Source of the DNA: an uncultured Acidimicrobiia bacterium
GTDB lineage: Bacteria; Actinomycetota; Acidimicrobiia; Acidimicrobiales; AC-14
Assembly: GCA_963836205.1 (NCBI GenBank)
Contig: CAWIIV010000017.1
Coordinates: 32,001 to 96,000 of the forward strand
DNA length: 64,000 bases
Direction: 5' to 3'
Position numbers and translations under genes: made by a program. Position 1 is the stretch's first letter; each line of letters begins with the position of its first letter. A model generated the notes under the pieces. The model made no database searches, was not told where the DNA came from, and worked only from the letters and a program-made list of their open reading frames with translations. This document shows positions 18,809 through 28,641 of the stretch, piece by piece.

Positions 18809-19297
18809 CTAGCCGTCGAGGTCGAGGGCGTAGCCGAGAAGTTGGATGTCGCCGTCGACGACGAGGTCGCGGTCGGGGCGGCGGTGGAAGCCCTCCCGTT
18901 GGTAGAGGTGCTGCGCAGTGCGCATCGACTCGGCGGTGTGGAGGGTGACCTCCCGCTTGCCGTCGGCGCGGGCCTGATCGATGCACGCCCGGACGAGACC
19001 GGTGCCGATGCCTCGGCCCTGGGCCTCGGGGGTGACGGCCAGCATGCGCAGCTCGGCCTGATCGGGACGGTCGATGGTGGCCAGCCGGCCCGGTCGGCCG
19101 ACGTAGGTGATGCCGCCGAGCACGGTGGCCTCGTCGTCGACGGCCACCAGCACGAGCGACTCGTCCAGCCGGCCCCGGACGTCGGACAGCTCGGCCACGT
19201 AGTCGTCGGGCAGGGTCCCGAACACCTCGATGTAGACGTCGAGCGTGATCCGGCCGAGGGTGTCGGCCTCGTGGTCGCGGATCGGGCGGATGGTCAG
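18809..19297 (-). CDS. GNAT family N-acetyltransferase (start uncertain, possibly CTG)
   Basis: ELRMLAVTPEAQGRGIG and AQHLYQREGF. The frame extends upstream to TIRPIRDHEA. Confidence 0.88.
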   Translation of the reverse strand: MTIRPIRDHEADTLGRITLDVYIEVFGTLPDDYVAELSDVRGRLDESLVLVAVDDEATVLGGITYVGRPGRLATIDRPDQAELRMLAVTPEAQGRGIGTGLVRACIDQARADGKREVTLHTAESMRTAQHLYQREGFHRRPDRDLVVDGDIQLLGYALDLDG

Positions 19298-19608
19298 GCC
19301 GCCGATGCCTCCTCCTCCCCGAGCACGCTCGCCAGCAACGCCGCCCGTAGCTCCGACGGGTCGCCCGCAGCCGACCGGTTGGCGGCCAGGACGCCCTCGA
19401 CCATGTCGGTGACCACCGCATCCAGGGGCCGGCCGTGCACCCGGACGGCGACCACCGCCGCCCCGTCGGGTCGGCGCCGGATGCTGCGCTCGGCTCCGGG
19501 GAGGCGGGGCGGGCTCCGAAAGCCGGGCACCGCCAGCCCTCGCCGGCGGGCCTCGACGCCCAACCGGCGGGCGGCGGCAGCGAAGCGAACGGGGTCGGCG
19601 GGCACCAT
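19294..19608 (-). CDS. Hypothetical protein
   Basis: PGFRSPPRLPGAERSIRR...DMVEGVLAAN; coding-like and coupled to the GNAT gene. Confidence 0.65.
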   Translation of the reverse strand: MVPADPVRFAAAARRLGVEARRRGLAVPGFRSPPRLPGAERSIRRRPDGAAVVAVRVHGRPLDAVVTDMVEGVLAANRSAAGDPSELRAALLASVLGEEEASAA

Positions 19609-19667
19609 CAGCGTCCAGGATGGCACCAGGGTGTGACAGCGGTCGCCAAACACGTCAGGCTAGGGAC

Positions 19668-20480
19668 ATGACCGAGCCCGACGAGGACCGCCCCGGCGGC
19701 CCGGACACACCGCCGTCCGCCACCCCGACCCCGCCGGCCCACAGCCCCGGATCGGAGATGCAGGGCGACGACACCGTCGTCCTGCCCGCGACCGCCCCCC
19801 CACCGTCGGCTCCGGCGGCGCCCACGCCGCCGCCCGCACCGGCCCCCGTCCCTCCGCCGACGCCCGTGCCGGCCCCGTCGTCGACCCCCGCCCCGATGGT
19901 CACGACCGCCCCGGCGCCTGTCGCCAGCGCCCCCGCTTCCCCCGACATCCTCGACGACGACCTCGACGACTTCGACGACTTCGACGACTACGGGGCCCCC
20001 CGATGGGTGAGCCTGGTCACCGTGGTCGGTGCCGGCCTCATCGGCGTGGTTGCCCTCCAGGTACTGTTGAGCCTGGTCGAGGGCGTGAGTGTGAAGGAAG
20101 GCCAGAAGTTCGGCGTCCCCGACGACCTCCTCCACCGCCTCGGGTATCCGTTCGGCAGCCTCGGCTCAACCGCCATCTTCTTCGTCCTCCTCGGGGTCAT
20201 CCTCCTCGCCCTGCCGGCGATCCTCGGCGAGGAGGTCACCGACCGCCAGTACTCCATCGCCGGTGCCGCCACGCGCACCGCCCTCGTCGTCGGGGTGATC
20301 ATCGGCCTCGGCAGCCTCCTGGCGGTGCGGGGCAGCCTCCACGAGTACTCGGCCAAGAACGTCGCCGTCCCCGGCTACGTCCAGATCCAGTTCGTGAGCT
20401 TCATGCTGGCGACGGTGGCGGCGTCGGCCCTCACCGTCTTCGGCGCCATCACCGCCTTGGCCGCCCGCGACGAGGGCTGA
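19668..20480 (+). CDS. Membrane protein with Pro-rich N-terminus
   Basis: Pro-rich and acidic N-terminus followed by four TM segments. Confidence 0.75.
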   Translation: MTEPDEDRPGGPDTPPSATPTPPAHSPGSEMQGDDTVVLPATAPPPSAPAAPTPPPAPAPVPPPTPVPAPSSTPAPMVTTAPAPVASAPASPDILDDDLDDFDDFDDYGAPRWVSLVTVVGAGLIGVVALQVLLSLVEGVSVKEGQKFGVPDDLLHRLGYPFGSLGSTAIFFVLLGVILLALPAILGEEVTDRQYSIAGAATRTALVVGVIIGLGSLLAVRGSLHEYSAKNVAVPGYVQIQFVSFMLATVAASALTVFGAITALAARDEG

Positions 20481-20490
20481 CCGCCCGCAG

Positions 20491-21465
20491 GTGATCGAGG
20501 GGACGCCGGGCGGCTTCCCGCCCACGCCGGCCCAGCAACGCGTCCTCACCGACCTCCTGGCGCTGGGGCAGCCCCGGCCCCGCTTCGACCCCGACCTCGG
20601 CCATCACCTCCGCCGCCAACTGGAGACGGCCCTGGGCCCCGTGGCCGACGCCCTCCCGGTGGAAGAGCTGTTGGTCGGGAAGCGTCAACTGGGCCAGATC
20701 CACGCCTGTGAAGCCCACTGGCGGGCGGAATGGGAAGAGTCCGGGTTCGACTGGTCGGCCCGCTCTGCGGTCGGCTCGGTGGTGCACAAGGCCATCGAGC
20801 TGTCGATCTCGTCCCGGACGGAGACGATCGCCCTCGATCTGGTCGACCACGCGATGGCCACCCTGGCCGAGGACACCCGCCGGGCCAGTCCCCGGCCCTG
20901 GCTGCTGACGGCGACGCCGCTGGAGCTGGCCGACCTCCGGGGGCGGGCCCACGACACGGTGGTGAAGTTCCAGGAGTGCTGGCCCCGGCTCCAGGCGGCG
21001 TGGGCGCCCCGCACCGAAACCGGCATCGGTGCCGAGCTGTGCGCCAGCCGCATCGTCCTGTGGGGGAAGGTCGACCTCGTGCTCGGTGTGGCCCGAGGCG
21101 ACGAGGCCCGCTCCCTCATCGTCGACCTCAAGACCGGCCGCAGCTACCCCGGGCACCTCGACGACCTGCGCTTCTACGCCCTGGTCCAGACGCTGCGCAT
21201 CGGCGTCCCCCCGTTCCGGGTGGCCAGCTACTACCTCGACACGGCCACGTTCCACGGCGAGGACGTCACCGTCGAGATGCTGGCGGTCGCGGTCCGCCGC
21301 ACCGTCGACGGGGCGACGAAGATGGCCCGCCTCCTCGAGCGGGACGAGCCTGCCGCCATCTCCCCCGGCCCCACGTGCACGTGGTGCACCCTCCGCCTCC
21401 ACTGCGAGGGCCCGGCGAGATACCAGGCCAGCCGGGCCGACCCCGACGACGACCTTCCCCTCTGA
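20491..21465 (+). CDS. PD-(D/E)XK nuclease family protein (AddB/Cas4-like)
   Basis: GSVVHKAIE, GKVDLV, IVDLKTG, LRFYAL, C-terminal CTWC.....C and an N-terminal Cys. Confidence 0.85.
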   Translation: MIEGTPGGFPPTPAQQRVLTDLLALGQPRPRFDPDLGHHLRRQLETALGPVADALPVEELLVGKRQLGQIHACEAHWRAEWEESGFDWSARSAVGSVVHKAIELSISSRTETIALDLVDHAMATLAEDTRRASPRPWLLTATPLELADLRGRAHDTVVKFQECWPRLQAAWAPRTETGIGAELCASRIVLWGKVDLVLGVARGDEARSLIVDLKTGRSYPGHLDDLRFYALVQTLRIGVPPFRVASYYLDTATFHGEDVTVEMLAVAVRRTVDGATKMARLLERDEPAAISPGPTCTWCTLRLHCEGPARYQASRADPDDDLPL

Positions 21466-21471
21466 CCGCTC

Positions 21472-21598
21472 CGAGCGATCGCCAGGAACGCCCCCTCTGC
21501 GGGGGTATCCGCGCCAATCGCTCGACCCCGGCGCCACTATCCGATCGAGCGATCGCCACGAACACCCCCTCAGAAGGGGTACTCGCGCCAATCGACCG
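21472..21598. repeat. Two REP-like palindromic units, same family as 1169-1291 in inverted orientation
   Basis: GAGCGATCGCCA.GAAC.CCCCCTC...GGGGTA..CGCGCCAATCG resembles the reverse complement of the 1169-1220 unit; lies between convergent genes. Confidence 0.85.
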
Positions 21599-21606
21599 GG
21601 AGTCAG

Positions 21607-22137
21607 TCAGTCGTCGCCGAGGGACGAGATGATCTCGGAGGCCTCGCGGAAGCGCCAGCGGGTCATGCTGCCGGGGAAGTCGGCCAGGTCCCAGGCGAAG
21701 ACGACGATGGGCTCGACCGCGTAGAGGTTGTCGGCGGACGGGGGGAAGTAGCCGTCGTACTTCGGCTTGTACGACTCCTGCAGCTTGGCGAACAGGGTGG
21801 CGCCGGGGACCGCGGTGCGGGCCAGGCCCTCGATGATGACGACCTGCTCGCCGCTGATCAGGTGGATGACCACGGCCGGGTTCTGGCGCAGGTTGCGGCC
21901 ACCGCGGGTGGTGGGGGCGGTCTCGAAATAGAGGACGTCGTCGACGAACGCGCCCCAGTAGGGCACTGCGTGGGGCTCACCCTTGGGTCCGGTGGTGGCC
22001 ACCCAGTACATCAGCGCCCGCGACAGCCGCTCGGTGACGTACTCCCACGCCAGCATGCCCTCCGGCTCCTCCGGAACCCCGTAATCGGGGATGTGGGGGC
22101 GGCTGCGGATGGGCGACGACGGGCTCATCTCCGTCAT
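21607..22137 (-). CDS. Pyridoxamine 5'-phosphate oxidase-like flavin/F420-binding protein
   Basis: YWVATTGPKGEPHAVPYWG, RNLRQNP, VIIEG; ATGA overlap with mazG. Confidence 0.85.
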   Translation of the reverse strand: MTEMSPSSPIRSRPHIPDYGVPEEPEGMLAWEYVTERLSRALMYWVATTGPKGEPHAVPYWGAFVDDVLYFETAPTTRGGRNLRQNPAVVIHLISGEQVVIIEGLARTAVPGATLFAKLQESYKPKYDGYFPPSADNLYAVEPIVVFAWDLADFPGSMTRWRFREASEIISSLGDD

Positions 22138-23537
22138 TCTCTCCCAGTCGGTTTCGCGAATTGCCACAGCCCGGTGACCGTAGCCGGGTCGAGGGTGCCC
22201 AGGTCGAACCCACGCTCGGCGGCGGCCCGTTCGGTGGCGATGAAGCGGTCCCGGAACCGGGCGGTGGCCGACCGCAGGGCGGCTTCGGGGTCGATGCCGC
22301 CCCGGCGGATGCGGTCGACGGCCTCGAACAGCAACCGCCCGGCCGCCTCGGCGTCGGTGACGGGGGCCGACGCCTTGGCCGGGGCGTCGCCGTCCGCCTG
22401 CTCCACCGGCTCCAATCCGACCGAGTGAGCCTTGCGCTGCACCTTGTGGGCGTAGAGCAGCGACGGCAGGTCGGCCGCGATCCCGTCCATCATCGACGCC
22501 CGGCCCTTCTCCGCCTGCTTGATCTGCTCCCAGTTGCGGATCACCTCACCGGTGGTGGCCGCGGCAACGTCGCCGAAGACATGCGGATGCCGGTGGACGA
22601 GCTTGTCGTGGATGCCCCGGGCCACGTCGGCGAGGGTGAAATGTCCCTCCTCGGCGGCCAGGGTGGCGTGGAAGACGACCTGGAACAGGAGGTCGCCCAA
22701 CTCCTCCTCCAAGTGCTCGAAGCCCTCGCCCGCCTCGACGTCGAGCGCCCCGATCGCCTCCAACACCTCGTACGTCTCCTCCAGCAGGTGGCGGGTGAGG
22801 GTGGCGTGGGTCTGCTCCCGGTCCCACGGGCATCGCTCTCGCAGGGTGCGCACCAGTTCGGCGAAGCGGGCCACCTCGCCCGCCACCGGCGCCGCCAGAA
22901 CCGGGATGTACACCGACGTGAGGTGGTCGGGGTCGACCTCCCGGTCGAGGTCGTCCCAGGCCACCGTGCGCACCGACTCGTCGGGCAGGCCCAGCCGGCA
23001 CAGGACGACGACCTCCGGCCCGTCGTCGACCGCCAGCTTGATGTCGGACAACACCGCCTTGGAGTCGCACTGGGCCACCAGCAGCGGCCCCCGCTCGCCC
23101 GCCGCCTCGACCGCGAACCGGTGCCCGTCGACCAAACGGACCCCGGCCGCCACCGGGTCGATCCCCACCCGGGCCCAGGCCAGGTCGGCGAACGACATCC
23201 CCGGCACCAGCTCCACCGTCACCCGGGGGTCGGCCAGCAGCAGCTCCACCGTCCGCTCCGCCACCAGGGGCGACCCCGGCACCGCGTACAACACCTCCGA
23301 CGAATCCCCGTCCCCCGCCGCGGCCACCAGGGCCTCCACGATCGCGGGGTAGACCTCGTCGACCGTCGACGCCCGGTCGTACATCCGGTCGAAGGAGGCC
23401 ACGCCCTCCCCGAGGGCGACCGCAGCCGGGTGGCGGACGGTGCGGAGGAAGCGGCGCCCGGGGGGCACCCGGTCGATGGCCGCCACCGCGGCCACGGTGA
23501 GGTGGTCGGGCCCGGCGGGACCGAGGCCCACCACCAC
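22134..23537 (-). CDS. mazG: Tetrapyrrole-methylase-like/MazG nucleoside triphosphate pyrophosphohydrolase (YabN type)
   Basis: VVGLGP, YAVPGSP, CPWDREQTH, EETYE, EELGDLL, RHPHVF. Confidence 0.92.
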   Translation of the reverse strand: MVVGLGPAGPDHLTVAAVAAIDRVPPGRRFLRTVRHPAAVALGEGVASFDRMYDRASTVDEVYPAIVEALVAAAGDGDSSEVLYAVPGSPLVAERTVELLLADPRVTVELVPGMSFADLAWARVGIDPVAAGVRLVDGHRFAVEAAGERGPLLVAQCDSKAVLSDIKLAVDDGPEVVVLCRLGLPDESVRTVAWDDLDREVDPDHLTSVYIPVLAAPVAGEVARFAELVRTLRERCPWDREQTHATLTRHLLEETYEVLEAIGALDVEAGEGFEHLEEELGDLLFQVVFHATLAAEEGHFTLADVARGIHDKLVHRHPHVFGDVAAATTGEVIRNWEQIKQAEKGRASMMDGIAADLPSLLYAHKVQRKAHSVGLEPVEQADGDAPAKASAPVTDAEAAGRLLFEAVDRIRRGGIDPEAALRSATARFRDRFIATERAAAERGFDLGTLDPATVTGLWQFAKPTGRE

Positions 23538-23569
23538 GACCCTGCCGCCTGGACCCGGCGTGGCGGGAC

Positions 23570-24616
23570 CTACGGGTTCGATGGGGCCGGTTCCGAGGGC
23601 ACGGGCTCGGGCTCCAAACCCGCCCCGCCCGTCGGCGTGGCGCCGCTCTCCGGCGGGACCACCCCCGGCGAGCCGCCCGTCTTGCGGAACGACCCGTACT
23701 TCGGGTTGATCTCGATGCGGGCCTTCTGCACCGTCTCCTGCAACAGGGCGAGGACCTTCTCCTGGCCGGCGTCGGTGACCTTCTGCCGGGCGGTCGCAGA
23801 CACCTGGTCGTAGGGGGCCACGTCGCGCTTGGTGACCTTGATCAGGTGGTAGCCGAACTCGGTCTTCACCGGCGCCCCCACCTCGCCCACCGGCTGGGTG
23901 AACACCGCCAGCTTGAACTCGGGGACGAAGTTGGTCTCGGGCGTGATGTCACAGCCGAGGTCGCCGCCCGTGGGCTTGGACCCGTCGTCGATGCTGTCGG
24001 TGCGGGCGATGGTGGCGAAGTCCTCGCCTGCGGCCAGCCGGCCCCGCAGCTCGTTGGCCTTGGCCTCCTCGGTGACGAGGATGTGGCTCACGCAGGCGGT
24101 GGAGAAGTCGTTGGGGTTGTGGTCGTAGTAGGTCCGGGCCGCCTGCTCGGGCGTGCCCAGCTCGTTGACCGACAGGGTGAGCAGGTCGAGCTCGGCCTGC
24201 CGGCGGACGAGGTCGTCCTGATAGCCCTTGGGGAACTTGTTGAACACCTCTTCGCCGCTGAGCTGCTGCACCACCAGCGCCTTGGCCGCGGCCAGGTCGT
24301 CGGCGCCCACCGACAGCTTGCGCCGGGTGAGCTCGGTCTCGATGAGGGTGTAATAGATCTGGCGGGTGAGGGCGAGGGCGGTGAAGGCGGAGTCGAACGT
24401 GCCCTGGCCGCTACCCCGCACCGGCTGGCGTTCCTCGACCAGCTTCAGGTAATCCTCGTTGGCGGCGATCGAACGCAGCTCGCCGACCAGGGTGTCCTCG
24501 CTGATCCGCTGGCCGTCGACCTTGGCCGCATACGGCGAGACCGAGCTGCAGGCCGCGGTGACGACCAGGGCGACACCGACGACGGACGCGACAAAGGCAG
24601 TTCTCTTCGTTTTCAC
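23570..24616 (-). CDS. Parvulin-type peptidyl-prolyl isomerase lipoprotein (PrsA/SurA-like)
   Basis: Lipobox TAAC, SHILV, GGDLG, FGYHLI; GTGA overlap with mfd. Confidence 0.9.
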   Translation of the reverse strand: MKTKRTAFVASVVGVALVVTAACSSVSPYAAKVDGQRISEDTLVGELRSIAANEDYLKLVEERQPVRGSGQGTFDSAFTALALTRQIYYTLIETELTRRKLSVGADDLAAAKALVVQQLSGEEVFNKFPKGYQDDLVRRQAELDLLTLSVNELGTPEQAARTYYDHNPNDFSTACVSHILVTEEAKANELRGRLAAGEDFATIARTDSIDDGSKPTGGDLGCDITPETNFVPEFKLAVFTQPVGEVGAPVKTEFGYHLIKVTKRDVAPYDQVSATARQKVTDAGQEKVLALLQETVQKARIEINPKYGSFRKTGGSPGVVPPESGATPTGGAGLEPEPVPSEPAPSNP

Positions 24617-27600
24617 GGTGCCACCGACACTACTGGCGCCGGCTCGTCGGGAACCAACAGCCGCAGCAGCTGGACGACCGCCCACACCGGGTCGACGCCC
24701 CGGGCGAGGGGTGCGACCAGCTGCTGGAGGTCGTCCTTGTAGACCGCGTCGCGGGCCTTCCGCTGGAGTCGGATCTGCTGGCTCATGCGCAGCTCGAGGG
24801 GCGAGATGCGGGCCGTCCCCCGGGCCACGGTGACCTCCCGCACCCCCGTGCGCACGCACTCCGCCCGCAGCCCGGCCACCCCCAGCAGGGCCTCGGCGGC
24901 CGGAGGCATGGGGCCGTAGCGGTCGAGCCACTCGGCCCGGATGTCGTCGACCTCGGTCTGGGTGGTGACCGCCGCCAGCCGCCGGTAGGCCTCCAGCCGC
25001 TGCTCGCCACCGGTCACGTAGTCGGGCGGGAGGTGGGCGACCACCGGGATGTCGATCTTGATCTCGGCCGGCTGGCGGACCTCCTCGCCCTTGAGGTCGG
25101 CCACCGCCTCGCTCACCATCTGGACGTAGAGGTCGTAGCCGACGGCCGCGATGTGCCCGGACTGGTTGGCGCCGAGGAGGTTGCCCGCGCCCCGGATCTC
25201 GAGGTCGCGCATGGCGATCTTGAACCCCGATCCCAGCTCGGTGTGCTCGCCGATGGTCTTGAGCCGCTCGTACGCGGTCTCCGTCAGCGACCGCTCGGGG
25301 GGGAAGAAGAGGTAGGCGTAGGCCCGCTGGCCGGCCCGGCCCACGCGGCCCCGGAGCTGGTGGAGCTGCCCCAGGCCCATCATGTCGGCCCGGTCGACGA
25401 CCAGGGTGTTCACGGTGGGCATGTCGATGCCCGACTCGATGATCGTCGTGCAGACGAGAACGTCGTACTGGCCTTCCCAGAAGTCGAGGACGATCCGCTC
25501 CAGCCGGCCCTCGTCCATCTGCCCGTGGGCCACCGCCACCCGGGCCTCAGGCACCAGCTCCCGCAGCCGCTGGGCCACCCGGTCGATGTCCTGCACCCGG
25601 TTGTGGACGAAGAAGACCTGTCCCTCACGGAGCAGCTCCCGGCGGATCGACTCGCCCACCGCCCGCTCGTCGTAGGGGCCGACGTAGGTGAGGATCGGTT
25701 GGCGTTCGGCGGGGGCGGTGTTGAGGATGGTGAGGTCGCGGATGCCGGTGAGGCTCATCTCCAGGGTGCGGGGGATGGGCGTGGCCGTGAGGGTGAGCAC
25801 GTCGACGTCGGCTCGAAAGCGCTTGATCGCCTCCTTGTGGGTGACGCCGAAGCGCTGCTCCTCGTCGACCACCAACAGCCCCAGGTTCTTGAACGTGATG
25901 TCGTGGGACAGGAGCCGGTGGGTGCCGATGACCACGTCGACGCTGCCGTCGGCCAGCCCGTCGACCACCTTCTTGGCCTGGCCCGGCGTGAGGAACCGGG
26001 ACAGGACCTCCACCCGCACCGGGTAGCCGGCGAAGCGTTCGGAGAAGGTGCCGAAGTGCTGCTGGGCGAGCAGGGTCGTCGGCACCAGGACGGCCGCCTG
26101 CATCCCGTCCTGCACCGCCTTGAACGCGGCCCGGATGGCCACCTCGGTCTTACCGAAGCCCACGTCGCCGCAGACCAGGCGGTCCATGGGGCTGTCGTCC
26201 TCCATGTCGGCCTTGACGTCGCGGATGGCCTTGAGCTGGTCGGGCGTCTCCTGGTAGGGGAAGGCGTCCTCCAGCTCCCTCTGCCAGGGGGTGTCGGGGG
26301 GGAAGGCGTGGCCCGGGGCGGTGACCCGCTGGCGGTAGAGGGCGACGAGCTCCTCGGCGATGTCGCGGACCGCGACCCGGACCTTGGCCTTTGTCCGTCC
26401 CCACTCGGAGCCGCCCAGGCGGTTGAGGGTGGGGGTGTCGCCGCCGGTGTAGTGGCGGACGGCGTCGATCTGGTCGGACGGGACGTAGAGCTTGTCGCCC
26501 CCCCGGAACTCGAGGAGGAGGTAGTCGCGCTCGGCCCCGCCCATGGCCTGCTTGACCATCCCCGCGTACCGGCCCACGCCGTGCTGGTGGTGGACGACGT
26601 AATCGCCCGGGTTGAGGTCGTCGAAGAAGCCCTGGGCGTCGGTGCGCCGGGGCCTCGGCGCCCGGTGGGCCCGCCGACGCCCGGTGACGTCGCTCTCGAC
26701 GAGGACGGCGAGCTTGACCTCGGGGAGGACGAAACCCCGTTCGAGCGACTGGACCTGCACCCGGCTGGAGCCGGGTCTGGCTGCGGTCGCACCCTCGTCG
26801 ATCACCGGGAGGGCGACGCCCCCCTCCCGGAGCATGCCCGCCAGGCGGGCGGCGCTGCCCTTGCCTTCGGCCGCCACCACCAGCTGGTAGCCCTTGCCCA
26901 CCAGGTCGGCCACCTGGCGGGTGAGGCGGTCGGCGTCGCCCATGACCGGGTCCCAGCCCCGGGACTCGATGGTGGTGACGTCGGGGCCCTCGGCGGCGCC
27001 GGTGACGGTCCAGGCCGGGGCCGGGGTGTGGGCCAGGAGGCGGTCGAAGGGGAGGTGGAGGCGGGGCCACTCCCGGTCCTTGGCCGCCCCCCAGGTGGTG
27101 GCCAGGCTGGCGGCCAGCGACGCCTCCTCGTCGAGCAGGTCGGCGGCCCGGTCGCGCATGCGGCGGGGTTCCACCAGCAGGACCAGGGCGTCGGGTCCGA
27201 GCAGGTCGAAGAGGGTGTGGTCGCCGGCGGTGAGCCACGGCAGCCACGACTCCATGCCCTCGAACACGGCCCCCTCGGCCAGCCGTTCCCACTGCTCCCG
27301 GCCCCACGGCTCGGCGCCGACCAGCTCCGCCGCCCTCGCCCTCACCTCCGCCGTGGGCAGGAGCTCGCGGCTGGGGAACAGCTCCACGCAGTCGACGTCG
27401 CCCGTCGAGCGCTGGTCGGTGACCGAGAAGCGGGTGAGGCGGTCGACCTCGTCGCCCCACAGGTCGATGCGGACGGGATGGGCGCCAGATGAGTTGTCGG
27501 TGGACGGGAACACGTCGACGATCGACCCTCGCCGGGCCACCTGGCCCCGGTGCTCGACCTGCACCTCCCGCCGGTAGCCGACGGCGACCAGCCGCTCGAC

Positions 27601-28077
27601 CAGGTCGACGGGGTCGAGGCGGTCGCCGGGCTTGACGATGACGGGCTCGACGTCCTCCACGTGGGGGCCGAGGCGCTGGACGAGCGAGCGCACGGGGGCG
27701 ACGAGGACGCGGGGCATGCGGGAGCCAGGCTGGGTGCCCGAACGAATTGGCTGGCGGAGGCGCCACATGGCCCGCAGCCGGCGGCCCATGGTCTCGGTGC
27801 TGGGACTGACCCGCTCGAACGGGAGCGTCTCCCAGGCGGGGACCACGTCGACCTCGTCGGGGCCGAGGAAGGCCCGCAGGTCGTGGGCCAGGCGCTCGGC
27901 GTCGGGGCTGGTGGGTACGGCGACGACCAGCGGGTGGCGTCCGGTGAGCCCGGCCAGGCCGGCGATGGCGAAGGCCCGGGCCGGCTCGGCCACGGCCAGC
28001 ACTGCCGACGACACGCCCGCCAGCCCTGACAGCCCCGGATGGCGGCGCAGGAGAGGCGGAAGGTCGTGCAGGGTCAC
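24613..28077 (-). CDS. mfd: Transcription-repair coupling factor
   Basis: GDVGFGKTEVA, DEEQRFG, TATPIPRT, QLRGRVGR, RDLEIRGAG. Confidence 0.98.
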   Translation of the reverse strand: MTLHDLPPLLRRHPGLSGLAGVSSAVLAVAEPARAFAIAGLAGLTGRHPLVVAVPTSPDAERLAHDLRAFLGPDEVDVVPAWETLPFERVSPSTETMGRRLRAMWRLRQPIRSGTQPGSRMPRVLVAPVRSLVQRLGPHVEDVEPVIVKPGDRLDPVDLVERLVAVGYRREVQVEHRGQVARRGSIVDVFPSTDNSSGAHPVRIDLWGDEVDRLTRFSVTDQRSTGDVDCVELFPSRELLPTAEVRARAAELVGAEPWGREQWERLAEGAVFEGMESWLPWLTAGDHTLFDLLGPDALVLLVEPRRMRDRAADLLDEEASLAASLATTWGAAKDREWPRLHLPFDRLLAHTPAPAWTVTGAAEGPDVTTIESRGWDPVMGDADRLTRQVADLVGKGYQLVVAAEGKGSAARLAGMLREGGVALPVIDEGATAARPGSSRVQVQSLERGFVLPEVKLAVLVESDVTGRRRAHRAPRPRRTDAQGFFDDLNPGDYVVHHQHGVGRYAGMVKQAMGGAERDYLLLEFRGGDKLYVPSDQIDAVRHYTGGDTPTLNRLGGSEWGRTKAKVRVAVRDIAEELVALYRQRVTAPGHAFPPDTPWQRELEDAFPYQETPDQLKAIRDVKADMEDDSPMDRLVCGDVGFGKTEVAIRAAFKAVQDGMQAAVLVPTTLLAQQHFGTFSERFAGYPVRVEVLSRFLTPGQAKKVVDGLADGSVDVVIGTHRLLSHDITFKNLGLLVVDEEQRFGVTHKEAIKRFRADVDVLTLTATPIPRTLEMSLTGIRDLTILNTAPAERQPILTYVGPYDERAVGESIRRELLREGQVFFVHNRVQDIDRVAQRLRELVPEARVAVAHGQMDEGRLERIVLDFWEGQYDVLVCTTIIESGIDMPTVNTLVVDRADMMGLGQLHQLRGRVGRAGQRAYAYLFFPPERSLTETAYERLKTIGEHTELGSGFKIAMRDLEIRGAGNLLGANQSGHIAAVGYDLYVQMVSEAVADLKGEEVRQPAEIKIDIPVVAHLPPDYVTGGEQRLEAYRRLAAVTTQTEVDDIRAEWLDRYGPMPPAAEALLGVAGLRAECVRTGVREVTVARGTARISPLELRMSQQIRLQRKARDAVYKDDLQQLVAPLARGVDPVWAVVQLLRLLVPDEPAPVVSVAP

Positions 28078-28131
28078 CCGACGAGGGTACCGGCGGGTCC
28101 GCGCCTACTCCGGAGGTCGCGAGGGTCGCGA

Positions 28132-28596
28132 TCAGCGCAGCGGCCGCGGTGCGTCCACCAGGATCCCGCCCGGTCGGGTGAGGTCGTCCACCAGCCAGAG
28201 GCCGGCTGCGAACCACCACAGCGCGGCCAGGACCAGCACGACGACGGCTGCGACCACGAACCAGGCCGGGCCGCCGCGGGGATGGGGGACGAAGCGGGGA
28301 TCGGCCCGCCGGCCGAGGAGGGGGAGGGCGTAGAACCGCCCGAGGGGGCCGAAGACGATGCCCGCCCCGCTGGTGGCGGCGATGGCAAGCTGACCGGTCG
28401 CCCAGGCGACGCCCACCGCCAGCTGCCCCACCGAGACCAGGCCCAGGGCCAGCTGCCCGATCGCCAGCCCGCCCCGGGCCAGCTGGCCGACGGCGATCAC
28501 GCCGGTGGCCAGCTCCCCGATGGCGACGATGCCCGTGGCGTTGGCCCCGATGGCGATCACCCCGACCGGCTGCACCCCCACGGCAAGCACGCGCAC
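28132..28596 (-). CDS. Membrane protein with GxxAxG repeats
   Basis: Repeated GVIAIG/GIVAIG/GQLAxG units and a C-terminal TM segment. Confidence 0.7.
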   Translation of the reverse strand: MRVLAVGVQPVGVIAIGANATGIVAIGELATGVIAVGQLARGGLAIGQLALGLVSVGQLAVGVAWATGQLAIAATSGAGIVFGPLGRFYALPLLGRRADPRFVPHPRGGPAWFVVAAVVVLVLAALWWFAAGLWLVDDLTRPGGILVDAPRPLR

Positions 28597-28641
28597 GGCG
28601 GGCAGCGTACGGCGTTCGACTGGGGCGAGTGACGGCTCGGC

